Below, piece after piece: positions 24,216 through 36,040 of a stretch of 64,000 nt of DNA. The notes under the pieces are model-generated. The model was not told the origin of the DNA. It ran no database searches and saw only the letters and a list, made by a program, of their open reading frames with translations. Every line of letters starts with the position of its first letter. Position 1 is the first letter of the stretch. Both the position numbers and the translations under genes were made by a program. This stretch comes from Pavona decussata (lineage: Eukaryota), in contig CDRNST010000080.1 of NCBI GenBank assembly GCA_977016875.1, positions 2,604,001-2,668,000 of the forward strand. Direction: 5' to 3'.

Positions 24216-24283
24216 TAGTCTCCTTCGCAGCCGCTCGGGCCGGAGTTGAGTGACTCCGGCCCGCACGGCCGAGAATGAGACTA
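24216..24283. mobile_element. 68-bp hairpin MITE, TAG...CTA ends, 9-bp TSD (copy at 60166-60233)
   Basis: TAGTCTC / GAGACTA; TSD TATTGTCTA / TATTGTTTA; internal GGGCCGGAGT..ACTCCGGCCC. Confidence 0.75.
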
Positions 24284-24972
24284 TATTGTTTAGTTATTAA
24301 AGTAAAATCAGCACTTTATCCCCATTCCCAGGTTTATTGAATAGTTTCAAATACATTCAGACTGGCTAAAATCAATCTAACATCTCCTACAGGACCTTAA
24401 CTAGTACAATTACCCTAAGAGTATATAACGTAGAACAGATAATTTTACAATTTACAAATTGTTGGTCGAGATAACAGGTTAGGATCAAGTGGCCAATATA
24501 TCGACATAGCAATTGACATTTTTTTACAAGAACAGAACAAGTGCAACAATAATTAATATTATGTAGCTTTGAGGAACTAGCTAATAGCAATTGGGAAAGT
24601 TTGAGAAGTCCTCTGTCCAGTGATTCTAAGCAGAAGAAAAGGAGTCCTTTTAGAGTTCACGACATGACATTATTGAGGGGAAACAAATAGAGATCAAACT
24701 CTTGGGTGGGATGGGTGGGAACAAAAGCAAACCCTACTGCCTCGAGAAATGTTTTGCCTTGTTGCTTGAGTTGAAGCAAAAGACCACGAGCACATGGAGC
24801 ATGCGCATGTTACGGTAATATGGCGTCATTTGATTGGATAGTTTGGTGTCACGGAGGCTCAAATGGTTCTCACGTGCGGTCACATGACACAATCCCTTGG
24901 ACAAAGTTCGAAGCTCAAACAAGAGTTGTTGATTAACTAAAATTTATTTCCGATGTTCAATAAATTGCGATA

Positions 24973-25535
24973 GATTCTTCGTTCTAAATACGTGACGCCA
25001 CAAATGCGCTACACACAATGTACATTCTTCCAAAATGCGTGACGCCACAAATGCGCTACACTTAATGTGTATTCTTCGTTCTAAATACGTGACACCACAA
25101 ATGCATTACACACAATGTACATTCTTCGTTCTAAATACGTGGCGCCACAAATACGCCACACACAATGTATATTCTTCGTTCTAAATACGTGGCTCTACAA
25201 ATGCGCTACACATAATGTATGTTCTTCGTTTTAAACACGTGAACCCACACAAATGCGCTACACACAATGTATATTCTTCGTTCTAAATACGTGACGCCAC
25301 AAATGCGCTACACACAATGTATATTTTTGGTTCGAAACACGTGACGCCACGATGCGCTACACATAATGTTTATTTTTCGTTCTAAATACGTGACGCCACA
25401 AATACGCTACACATAATGTAAATTCTTCGTTCTAAATACTTGACGCCACAAATGCGTTAGACATATTAAAATGTATATTCTTCGTTCTAAATGTGTAACG
25501 CCACAAATGCACTATACATATTCTTCGTTCTAAAC
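24973..25535 (+). repeat. 50-bp minisatellite, ~11 units (copy at 60926-61385, ~9 units)
   Basis: Unit ATTCTTCGTTCTAAATACGTGACGCCACAAATGCGCTACACACAATGTAT; period 50 (25071 to 25121). Confidence 0.95.
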
Positions 25536-25555
25536 TGCGCAATGCTACCTTCTGT

Positions 25556-25950
25556 TTACTCGTACAACTCGTACGAGTCGACAACTGATTGCAAAGGCCC
25601 TACTGCCTTACAAACACGAGCTGATATTTTATAAGTCTCCGTAATGAGATGCATTTTTCCACTCGACAATTTACTTTGTCGACTCGACAATGCTTTTGTC
25701 CACTCGCACGACGGCGTATGAGTCAACAACTGGTTGCAAGGGCCCTTCTGCCTTACAAACACGGACTTATTTTTTTAAGTCTCCCTAAGAGGTGCATTTT
25801 TCCACTCGACAAATTACGTTGTCGACTTAACAAAGCTTCTGTCCACTCGCACGACTCGTACGAGTCGACAACTGATTGCTAGGGCTCTTCTGCCTTACAA
25901 ACACGGGCTGATATTTTCCAAGTCTACCTAATGAGATACATTTTCCACAT
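25556..25950 (+). repeat. 144-bp tandem repeat, ~2.7 units (copy at 61405-61800)
   Basis: CACTCGCACG at 25701 and 25845; CTGCCTTACAAACACG three times. Confidence 0.9.
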
Positions 25951-26190
25951 CCGCCCCTAAAATTTAAAAGCGACATCATATAATTCCACTAAAATTTATT
26001 TACCTCACCACTTGCACCAAACTGACCAGTGGAACAATTGTTTCAGGACTCGTACGGGTCGTAAAGGTACTTTCACGACCTGAACAAGTGGTGAGTATTG
26101 GACAACTTGGTACCCTGCGAGCAGTCGTTTCTCCACCGGACGCTACGCTACAAAAGGGAGAGAAACCACCGCTAGCAACTGGTCATTTCT

Positions 26191-26263
26191 CAGTCTCCCT
26201 CGCAGCCGTTTTTAGTTATTTTTAGTTGCGTGACGACACTAAAAACGTCTGCGAGGGAGACTA
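26191..26263. mobile_element. Hairpin MITE (copy ~62058-62130)
   Basis: AGTCTCCCTCGCAG / CTGCGAGGGAGACT; left end shared with the 24216 MITE family. Confidence 0.7.
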
Positions 26264-26799
26264 GTTTTTTTCTTTGATTGAGCCGCCGGCCAGCGCTATG
26301 GATGAATAAATTAATTTGGAACTGGTAAAACCAGTCTAAAAACTAGTTTAGGCACTCGCGCATGTGCTAAGCCTAATAACTGCTGCGTTAAAGCGAACCT
26401 GCTGTTCAGCAGTCTTCTCAAGGTGAGTTCTCCAGGGCCTAAAATCCTCAGGGATAACTAGGCTAACACAGGAGGAGCGGATGGCTCTTTTTCTTTTTTT
26501 GAAGGCAACGATACTACAACAATTATTTCTGTGGTAGCAAATTCAAAGAGATGAATATTTCGGTCCCCAAATTGCACGCGTGAAAACTATTATCATGTGG
26601 TAGGCAACTCGCAAATAGCTTTCAAATTTAATGAATTCTTTCGGGCATCGATTGGTAATTTTTCCTTGTTCTACGTGTTTCAGGGATAACACAGATACTT
26701 TAATCGTTTCCATGGGATAAGAATTTGTGGAGAAATGAAAAAGTTGAAAAGTTGGTTTTGGAGCATTGAAATTAGTTCCCACCACACTTCGTTTTTAAA

Positions 26800-27440
26800 C
26801 CGCTCGTTCGTTTCAATCGCTCTCCAAAATTTTGCAATTTGTACTGTATTTCCTTTTATTAACGTTTGTTTAGAGAATAGAGTTATATCTGTAGGAGCAG
26901 TATTCACAGAATTATGAATTTTCAAATATTTTTACTTGGATCGCCAAATTGAACGAGTGAAAAATACCATGTAAGTAGCAGGCAACCCACAAGTTGTTCG
27001 TTCACACGATTTTAATTAATATTAAAATACAGTCTTAAATTCTTCACAAAAGGATAAATTGCTCTTATTCTACGTGTTTCAAGTTTAATACAGATACTTA
27101 AATCTTTCCCAAGAGGAAGCCGAAATCTTAGATGAATTAATTATCTCCTCAACAGAGCAAAACTGAGTGAACTTGTTTTAACATTAGGTTTTACGTTACT
27201 TTGCTCGCATTAAATAATAGACCATCAAGTTCGTACTAATTATAAAAACAAAAGTTTCCAGTTGGCGTAATAAACAATACAAAAACAAAAAGTTTAGTTT
27301 CTTCAAGTATTCTTCCTTTGAGCGGCCTCACTTTCTGAACAGCGGATGGCCTGGCCTCCGTTATTTCGAATAAATTAAAATCTCCAATGTTTTTGGAAAA
27401 AAGTGGTTTGTTGTTCACTAGGATCTTCTTCCCACAACAA
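26800..27440 (-). mobile_element. Possible highly degenerate L1/Tx1 ORF2 C-terminal fragment (copy ~62680-63300)
   Basis: Broken peptides KILVNNKPLF...TGNF...NKYELNWW.I.NA resemble the Tx1 post-RT region; many frameshifts. Confidence 0.3.
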
Positions 27441-27799
27441 ATGTGAATCACCAGAAGACTCTGGGGACGAGAATGCATTGCATATGTATCAATATTGGAG
27501 GCAATTATGAAAGGCGACGACGTTTTTGGCAGCGTTTACCGCGCAAATTTAACAAATTGGATAAAGTGGTCAAAGCGGAGCAATTTGTAGCTGAATCTTC
27601 CTCTAGTTTAGGTCAGAAATGGACTTAATAAAACAACTTGAAAAATGCAAGGATGATCGCACAGCTAGTATTTTGATAAGATTGCCCAATATTTCGGTTA
27701 GCACAAAGTAACCTTCATAAGGAGCAAGAAAAGCTAAGAAACTTTAGTGGTTAAATCATAGACTCTAATGAAATTAAGACTGTTTTCTTTCCCAAGCCG

Positions 27800-29407
27800 T
27801 TAAAAGCGGGTGTCTGTGACTTCGTCAGTCTCCACGTTGACGTTTGTTTCAGGACCTGTAATTAAAGTTATAAAATAAAGGGGATCACAATATATAAAGT
27901 ACAGCTCACAAAAGAAAGATCCGGCTCAAGGGTTTTTGGTGCTTAGACAAAATTTTGTTATTGGGTAAAATTTCCTTGAATGAGGTCACTGTTTTAACCC
28001 TTTTTATAACGAGGAAGCCCGAAGTCAACCCAAAGGAACATTCCAAAGAGAACTACAAGCATCGTTTAGAAATTTAGATCCTCTCATAACTAAAGGTACG
28101 ATCAAAATTGGATTATTACTGTTAGTAGTTGGATTTTGTGCATAGGGTCAAAAAAGCCAATTTTGTCCCCTGAATAAATGGAAACATGCAGTGCCGCCTT
28201 ACTCCACATCCTACCTCTTGAGACTTCTTAGTTATGAAGTGTAATTTAAAAAAGATAGCTAACGAGTTAAACGTCACTTGATTGCAATTACTTAATCTGA
28301 ACGTGCCCCTGTCATTTCAGTACAAAAGTCCAATCAGGACTGATTTCTGATTTAAAGTATTCCAATACCTACTCTTTCACTATTTAACGCAATTACTACT
28401 TTGACCACAACTAGATGTATTTTCGGCCCTTCGGGTTGAAAGTAAACCTTACCGTGTCGCTTACAGGTCGTTTTAGAGGCTTGGAAAAGCAAAACAATCA
28501 ACAAGCTCAGAGCAGCGAAAGAGCCTGGCACGAGTGAAAACACGTGACGTACATATTCACCACACTCCTTGCAGTCCTCAGATGTGTTACTACAAAGCAA
28601 AAATAAACGGAAAAAAAATAAGCTCTTGATTGGAAAAAGGTAAAGCCAAAGCAGGTGGAGGATTGTCAGTATTTAATTCATTCGGTAAACTACACAAGTT
28701 ATGAATGAAAATTAAACGTTAAGTACGAAAATGTTTGTATATTGCACTTTTCTTTGTAGATATGTTGGCGACATACTACTCCTAATCAAACCTGACGCGG
28801 TCAATCTCATCCTAGACCTCTTTCACAAGTTTGACAAGAACATCCGCTTCACTTTTCATCTGTCTGAAAACACCACTTTCCACTTTCAACGTCTCAATTA
28901 ACCTACCCCAAGACACCTTTACCTCCGCCCTCTGCCCCCTTAATCTACTTAAATTTGAACTTAAACAACTCAAAAAGATCATGTTTTAGAACAACTTCCA
29001 TTAACGTATTGCAAACTAGCTAATTCGTCGGTTTTCACATAAACCCCTGAATTAAAGACCCCAGAGCAGATAACAACACCAAAGAAAAACTCCATAACCA
29101 TTTGGCTTACTGTCCACAATGAATGGACATATTCGGATTATCTTTCATTCTCTATGATTTACGATAACATAGATTACGATATAAGTGAAGTCTTCTTATT
29201 ACCAAAAATTTCTCCTTTTTCGTTGATTTTTTCTATAAAATCAACTAAAAAATTCACCTTCCTTCAGGAAACAAATTCTGTATGGTACTGATAAGTGCTC
29301 CATTAGATAGATATGACATCAAGCTCATGAAGCCAAATACGACACCAGATGTACCCTGAAAGAAACGAAAGCACAGCGAATTTGCCAGAAAAATGACTAG
29401 CATGAAA

Positions 29408-29480
<73 letters not shown>

Positions 29481-29699
29481 GTAGAAACAAGAGCTATTAA
29501 AACCTATTTACAATTCAATATTTAAAATTCATTTCGATTAAAAAAAGCGACTATTTCCAAGCACAACAGAGCTATTTTCAAGCACAATTTTAATAATAAT
29601 AATTCTTTATTAAAATATTCCACACAAATTGCTATTTACAAGTTAAAAGTATACAAAAAAGAGCTATTAAAAACCTATTTACAATTCATAACAATAATG

Positions 29700-29755
<56 letters not shown>

Positions 29756-32700
29756 GGAAAACCGCAGTCATATAATTAAATTATTTTGAAAGTGAACATA
29801 TGAAAATTCATACATTTAATTGAAATGCGGAAGAAAAAATGAATAAGTGAATGATCATTGCAGTTATGTACGCAACTTAAGCAGTTCCAAAAAGAAGCCT
29901 GAAAAAAAAAAAAAAAAATGAATTTTCTGGTACCCTTTGTCAGACCTGGCCTCTAAAATTTATACCAGTTTTCAGACACGGGAACAGCTTCACGAGGCCC
30001 TCTAAAGTTAAGATATATTCTAAGTATTTTTTTTAAGTAGTCGTCTATTGTTATGCCAACAAAAAAATTATTATAAAAAACAATAGTACGCATACTCAAA
30101 ATTCTTTAATAAGAATTAAAAAGAAAAGTACGATGTTTCAGTCCAACAGATAAAAGTTAATAAAACTTTCGATTATGTGTTAGTCGATGATGATGTGTCG
30201 ATGATGTGTTAGTCCATGGAACTTACAGTTGTCACCCGACGGATGAGCAATGGAACTCACCTTGTTTTCTCCAATAAGATCTACTGCGAAGCTCAGTGAA
30301 TTAACAACCATGGACGAAAATCCAAATCCCAGCACCACAACGGCGGGGTAGGTCATGACGCTGTTGGACTGGGTGATGAAATAAAACCAGACTCCAGCAC
30401 AAATCACGAGAAAGGACGCTGAGATGAAACACCACTGGAAATAGAAGATAATTTTTTTAGGTTAAGTCTTCGTATGTAAAAGAATTTAAGGGAAGGGGAA
30501 CCCTTAAGTTTCTACGCACAGAATTGTCGTAACTTATAACGATGTTGAGATATATTTTGGGTAGGACCCGTTCGTTAATACAGTATATCAACGCCCATAC
30601 CCCTGACTTGTGCACTTCTGGTTCTGAGCCAGTTTTGAGAGAAACAAAAGAGGGCAGAGATTTTATGATGTTAAAATTTTCAAGTGAGGGTCGGACATTT
30701 TTTTAAGCAATTTTCGGCCGTTTGCGTGAATTTACAAGCGACGAACACCTCATTTAGCTAACATTATAATTATTCAAAAATGTAACTGTAAACTTGACGC
30801 TTGACTCCACGTAGCGACTAACGACTTTTGATGTAACGTGTAGTTCTTAAGTTTCAAGATACCAAGAATAACAGATAATAAATTTTTGCCTCAATAGAAT
30901 AAAATTTATTTTATCAGGTGTATTTTTCTCAGTTTCTAAAGTTGTTACCTTGCTCCCAATTTTTCCAACAAGCTTCTTTGTGATTACCGAGGATACCGAT
31001 GCACTGATTAACATTATCAGTGAAAGATAAGCAATGGCTTCCTGTAAAACGAGACAGTGAAGTTTGTTTTTAGCTTTCATTACCATTAGTATATACATGT
31101 GGATCATCCATCCATACGTAGGTGGATTAAAGAATATATTTTATTTTGCCATCATACGCCTATTCAATCTTTTTATTTACCACCTTTTGATGTCTTTTAA
31201 GATCTGTAACTACACAGAGCCTCTAAGGCAAATTACAACGTTCATCATGTAGAATCTTTGTTTTTATCTCCTAACAAAAGAGATAAAAGGAAAAATAAAA
31301 CATGTCTTTTGTACATACCTTTCCGAACGGCATTGTGTAAATTAGAAACAACGGCAGATAACCGTAGGAAGAACTCTGCACAATAATTGTACCCGTGAAG
31401 ATTACTGCCACCTACAAAAAGAAAAAAAAATTCACTTCACTGTAGTAACTTTGAGGCCACCAACCCAAAAATCTACTGAGGCAGGAAGATGGCAACTCTC
31501 TTTGTTGTTCTTATACTAGTCTTTTTATTCAAGCTTTGAGGCTGAGATTGGCCTAAAAAGTTCAAGAACTTTTCAACAATATGTCTAGGATGGGATTAAC
31601 GAACATCTTTATTGTTCCTACTTATTTTGGAAAGTGTCAATTTGGTGTAAGTAGATTTATTTGTATGATCCAATTAAGCTCGAAAAGGGAGAAAAACATG
31701 TCGCACGTAGGAACATCATATAATATGCCATATTCCTATCATTTGGGAGAGAACGTATATCGCTGTAGTTCTCCTGTTTTTTTTTTTTATGAGGTCCAGC
31801 TTACTGAAATAATTTTCCATGTTAGTTAAGCACACCTTTGAACGTTTTTGAAGACATTTTTAAGGGTCAAGTTTCCCCAATAAAGTAAGAATTTTCAATT
31901 AGGACTGAGATTGAGTAAAATGTGTTATTACTTTGTAAAAATGAGGATCCTTTAGCCAAGCTCTTGCTGTCTTTGGTTCAGTTGGCACTGAAACACCAGA
32001 TTCAGGGTCACCAGAGCCAATGGAAGGTTTGCTGTTCATATTGATTTCTGACGATGAAGGACCACAATTAATGTTCAGTGAATCTGGGGTAGGGTTGATG
32101 CAAACCACTTTACGTGTGCGTCTGTCTCTGATCTTATCTCAATAACATGGTTTCAATTCTGCCTCATAAAAGTCAAGTCCTTTATTTTCAACACCGCTTG
32201 GTACTTGCGCACACGTTATTTCACCACAGGTCTCCGCATCATCCGTATTTATTGGTTGTTCACTTGTAGCGGTATCTTCAGCTCCTATTAGTCCGTAAAT
32301 AATACTCCAAAGAACGCTTATTTTTCGCTCAGGTGGTAGTTGCTTGACTTCCTTCAACATTTGGTCATCATTCCGAGCTGGTGTTTCGGAGCAAGGAGGC
32401 ACATTTTCTCCCATACTCCTGGTTGCAGAAGGAAATTCCTCGTTGGTCTTATTCCTTTCCTCTTCATCTATAGTAAACAGGGCGTTAATAAAGTGTTTTG
32501 CAAAACTCTTTTTCCGCGCAGGGTCCTCTCCATCGGTGACCGCTTTTCCGTTACCCTTAACGCTATCGATGAACCTGTTCCGAATTCTTTCCTTTGGGTA
32601 ATGCACATCTAAAAAACAAGAAAGACAGGATTATTACTCCTAATTAACAAAGATTTTGGGTAAGATTTTTGGTTATAACAAATACAGACAACTGCTCGAC

Positions 32701-35044
32701 GTCCTCACGTTGCCATTGTCAAGTTCAAATGTTAAGAGCCGTTAAACTCTCAAGCATATAAGTAACTGAGGACTTGTTTACTAAAAAATAGTTGCGCTCT
32801 TATCATGTCACGTGTTCAAGATGTTTTTCTGTTACATCATGTGGTGGCCGTTTACCTGGTTAACACTTTGTTCACTGTGCCTAAAAGATTTTTATATTTT
32901 TTTGGGAAAAGAAAGTATTCTCGTAAATGTCCGGATTCTTTCCGCTTGTCTTTGCAATAGCGATTCCAAACCTTTCTCTGCCTACAGAAGATATCTTTAT
33001 TTCAACTGGGTAACTCACTCAGTAGCAAAGCTACTGCTATCAGCAAGGGACCTGTAAAGCCATTAATAATGAAAGTAGTGACATGAAATTGCAGGTAATC
33101 GAGCTACAATTTATTGGACCGTTTATTCATTTTAGCTATTATCGATATTTGTACAAAAAGTTTCGTCAATAGCCATTAGCTCATTAAACTTTAACTTAAA
33201 TTGAAATAATTGCAACTTAGCTTTCACTAATTACATGCAATTGAGGGGAGCCGTGCTTACACAACTGCGCTAGTTGCGGCTATGCATGAAAGCCGCTATC
33301 GCGTCTGCTTGTACAGCTGCCGCAGGAAGAGTGTTCCACATTAATGCAGTTCTCATAAAAAATGAAACTTGCAAATGCTTTAAAAAAAGTGGCTGGATCT
33401 CAGTATTAAGTGGATTGATAAGCTAGCGTACCTATTCCTATGCAAGTCATCGGTTGTAGAAGGGAATGAGTTGGAATAAAAGAAGGTTTTCTCTGCAAGA
33501 GAAGAAAACAGAATGAAGTCAGAACAGTACGGTATGAAATAGCAGACAAAAATCAACAAGAATCGTGAAACAAATTAAGCGAAAAAAATTGGAAAGAAAG
33601 TTTTCTTTGTCCCTTTAGATCAATTTCTTTAATTTCGGTGCTTCGTGAGTTCTTTTTCAGCATAAGGCGTAAAATTCACTCAAGTTTATAATAATATTCA
33701 CTGATTAAATCTTATCAACCGGTGTCTCGCTTTTCCCGATAATATTATCTTCTTTGGTTTTCTTGTGTTTGTTTGTCTGTTTAATTTGGCTTTTATTTAA
33801 TTGTCACAGTTTGCACAGCAAAATGGGATCGAAACTACCACAATGTATTCCTTACCTTGACAACACTAGCATTAGTGGTGGTCGGTGTTCTCTTGTCAAG
33901 TTCACCAATGGGCTCTTTGGTCCCAAAGTGGAAAATTAGGAAAAATACCAGACTTATTCCCATCAAAACTAGGATCATCAACTGCAAAATAAAACAGAAG
34001 AATCATCGTTACTTTTAGGTTTACAAGTAATTTAGTCAATTCCGAAGGTAAAATCCATAAATTACCGTGAAATCCGTGGAGGTTTCTGATGAAAAATGAT
34101 CGTTGCTGTCTTGTCCAAGAATTGCCCACGCCACAAGAAAGGTCCCAATACCACTCAGGAACGAAACGGCGACCCTTTAACAGAAAGAACGACATTCGGT
34201 GAATATTGACACATCTTTTTCGCCAAAAACTGAAACTGGTCCTTATAAACCGTCTGAACGGTCCAGAGGGGTATCGCCAGGGCGCTGGCTCCGTTCATTG
34301 CTACTTACATTTGGGTGTTGAATATTTAATGATTAGTCTTAAGACCACGCAAAATGGAGGCAATTTGGAAAATAAGTGTTCCAGAAGGAATTGAGCGAGG
34401 TAGTTCGATAGTTTAGAACGAATTAAGTGACTATATACTTTAGTTATTTGTTTGTTATAATATATTTGTGTATTTTAAGATATACTAACTGACATCAAAT
34501 ATATATTCACAACGGTAACAAACCTCCATGCGTTCAATTCAACAGCTTCGCCTTGATCTTTTGCAATGACAGAAATGATTGAAAGGTGACCAATTTCTAT
34601 TAAGCTGAACGAAAATGACAAAATTATGTTCAGCATCGCGACGTATATCATTTTTTGCCACTCTCCACTATCTCTTGGACAAAGAAAACACGGGCTAAAG
34701 TACAGCGGTAGGACGATTACTCCTGCCAAAGTTCCAATCAAATGCCACGACTTCCTCCTTCCAAGCTTTCGTGATAGCAATGGGATGTTGATTTTATCTA
34801 TCAAGTACGCGGCAAGTGCCGATGATGACGCCACCGTGATGAACCCGAACAGCATCAACCAGCCAGCGTTGGCTGCGGAGAGACCAAGTATCTTCATGAA
34901 GAAGACCAATCGAAATGAATAGAGGAGCTGAATGGTAATGTCATTCATCACGTGACCCACTCCACAGGAAAAGCGTTGGAGAAACGGCCTTCCAGATTTC
35001 AAGTCCGCTTCGGTGTTTCGACAGCATAATTTCGATGCTCTCAT
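27800..35044 (-). CDS. MFSD12: MFSD12-like transporter, paralog B (11 exons, 714 codons, one in-frame TGA at 32139-32141; possibly a young pseudogene)
   Basis: Exons 35044-34524, 34174-34066, 33981-33856, 33492-33432, 32608-31932, 31411-31319, 31041-30949, 30434-30261, 29355-29258, 28589-28453, 27855-27800. All are GT-AG and phase-compatible, totalling 2145 nt. N-terminal GVGHVMND and LGRRKSWHLIGT...YFSPCFLC closely follow MFSD12. Confidence 0.8.
28758..29110 (+). mobile_element. Degenerate Penelope-like RT fragment in an intron of paralog B
   Basis: RYVGDILLLIKPDAVNLILDLFHKFDKNIRFT (decayed RYVDD motif), then LLKFELKQLKKIMF*NNF..RIAN.LIRR. Confidence 0.7.
29413..29753 (+). repeat. Two (AAT)n microsatellites (29413-29480, 29690-29753) around a short duplicated segment
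   Basis: Direct reading; GAGCTATTAAAA(A)CCTATTTACAATTCA at ~29491 and ~29661. Confidence 0.95.
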
Positions 35045-35630
35045 GCTTTGAAACCTGCGAATGAAATTCGAAAGAACTCAGATTTGGATTTGTTCACGAA
35101 TAGTTCATACATCCTACATACAAGTAATGAGGTCACAAAAATTCAATTTTCGAAATATGGGATTCAATGAGCATTAAGAAAACGTCCACTCAGCAAACGC
35201 TAGCCCTTTGTCGTAATTTTCAGCTGGAATGTGAGCACTTTTTACGCTTTTTCAACTGTGCTAGCTAGCTCATGAAATCCCACGACGAGTTTCCAAAATT
35301 CCAACCTCGTTCTCAGGGTCCTGGCTCTTCCTTTGTAGAGAGAAGCCCTTAAGAACGAAGTTGGGCAAGTTATTATTTTCTTCTTTTAATTTGTTAGGTC
35401 AATATGTTTTCCGAAAACAACAGCGTTGTCTTACCTGAAAAAATCGGAGACTGGTCTCCGAGTAAAGTTCACGGAAGTTGGCAAACTATGCTTACTTCTA
35501 CAGCACCTAAAGTTTGAGTGGTCAAATTGGCAGCCCATAAAGTATGATATTGCTTTAGAGCATTCTGAATTTATCTTGATTGGAGATAGACATTCCAGTT
35601 GTCTGGAGTGGACCACAGGAATTCGTCTAA

Positions 35631-36040
35631 CGCCCATTTCAGACGCATACGTTTTCATAAGCCGAACTTAATTCAAATTAAGGTCGGCCCAAATCACGAA
35701 AATTCCGCCTTTTGATTCAGACGCCGAACTTAATTAGCCGAACTTAATTTACTTGAAGCAAAACCAATCAAAATGTTAGCGTTTTTTTTTTAATTTTTTA
35801 TTCTTGTTATTTGAAATACGTTATAATAATTTATGCATTAGCTTCGGCTCATGAAAAGTTCGACGTCTGAATCAAAGCCGTTCCAAAGCCGAAATTCAAG
35901 GCTGAGCCAGGCGGAAAGAACGGCTGAGCCGTTCCAAATTGAAACAGCCGTTCTCAACTAATTCAGAAGCCGAACTTTTCATGTGCTTAATTCGAGGTAT
36001 TAGGTTCGGCTCATGAAAAGTTCGGTGTCTGAACCAGGCC
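35631..36040. mobile_element. PIF/Harbinger-type MITE upstream of paralog B
   Basis: Flanks TAA / TTA; degenerate TIRs CGCCCATTTCAGAC / GTCTGAACCAGGCC; GCCGAA subrepeats; empty site CGTCTAACC at 18832 and 55964. Confidence 0.75.

Larger units (their letters stand above)
740..28135 (+). repeat. Segmental tandem duplication, copy 1
   Basis: Collinear high-identity match to ~38275-64000 across exons, introns, minisatellites and old TEs. Confidence 0.93.

Noticed and set aside
24973-25535. CRISPR-like array
   Set aside because: Whole units repeat with no unique spacers, there are no cas genes, and the context is eukaryotic.
29355-29490. Poly-Leu signal-like N-terminus of ORF 29254-29490
   Set aside because: Translation of an intronic (AAT)n microsatellite; only 29258-29355 is exon.
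27400-32141. Selenocysteine reading of the TGA in paralog B
   Set aside because: The codon aligns to Pro, not Cys, in a variable loop. Two ATGA...AA candidates just 3' of the stop lack a complementary stem and GA quartet by eye (SECISearch not run).
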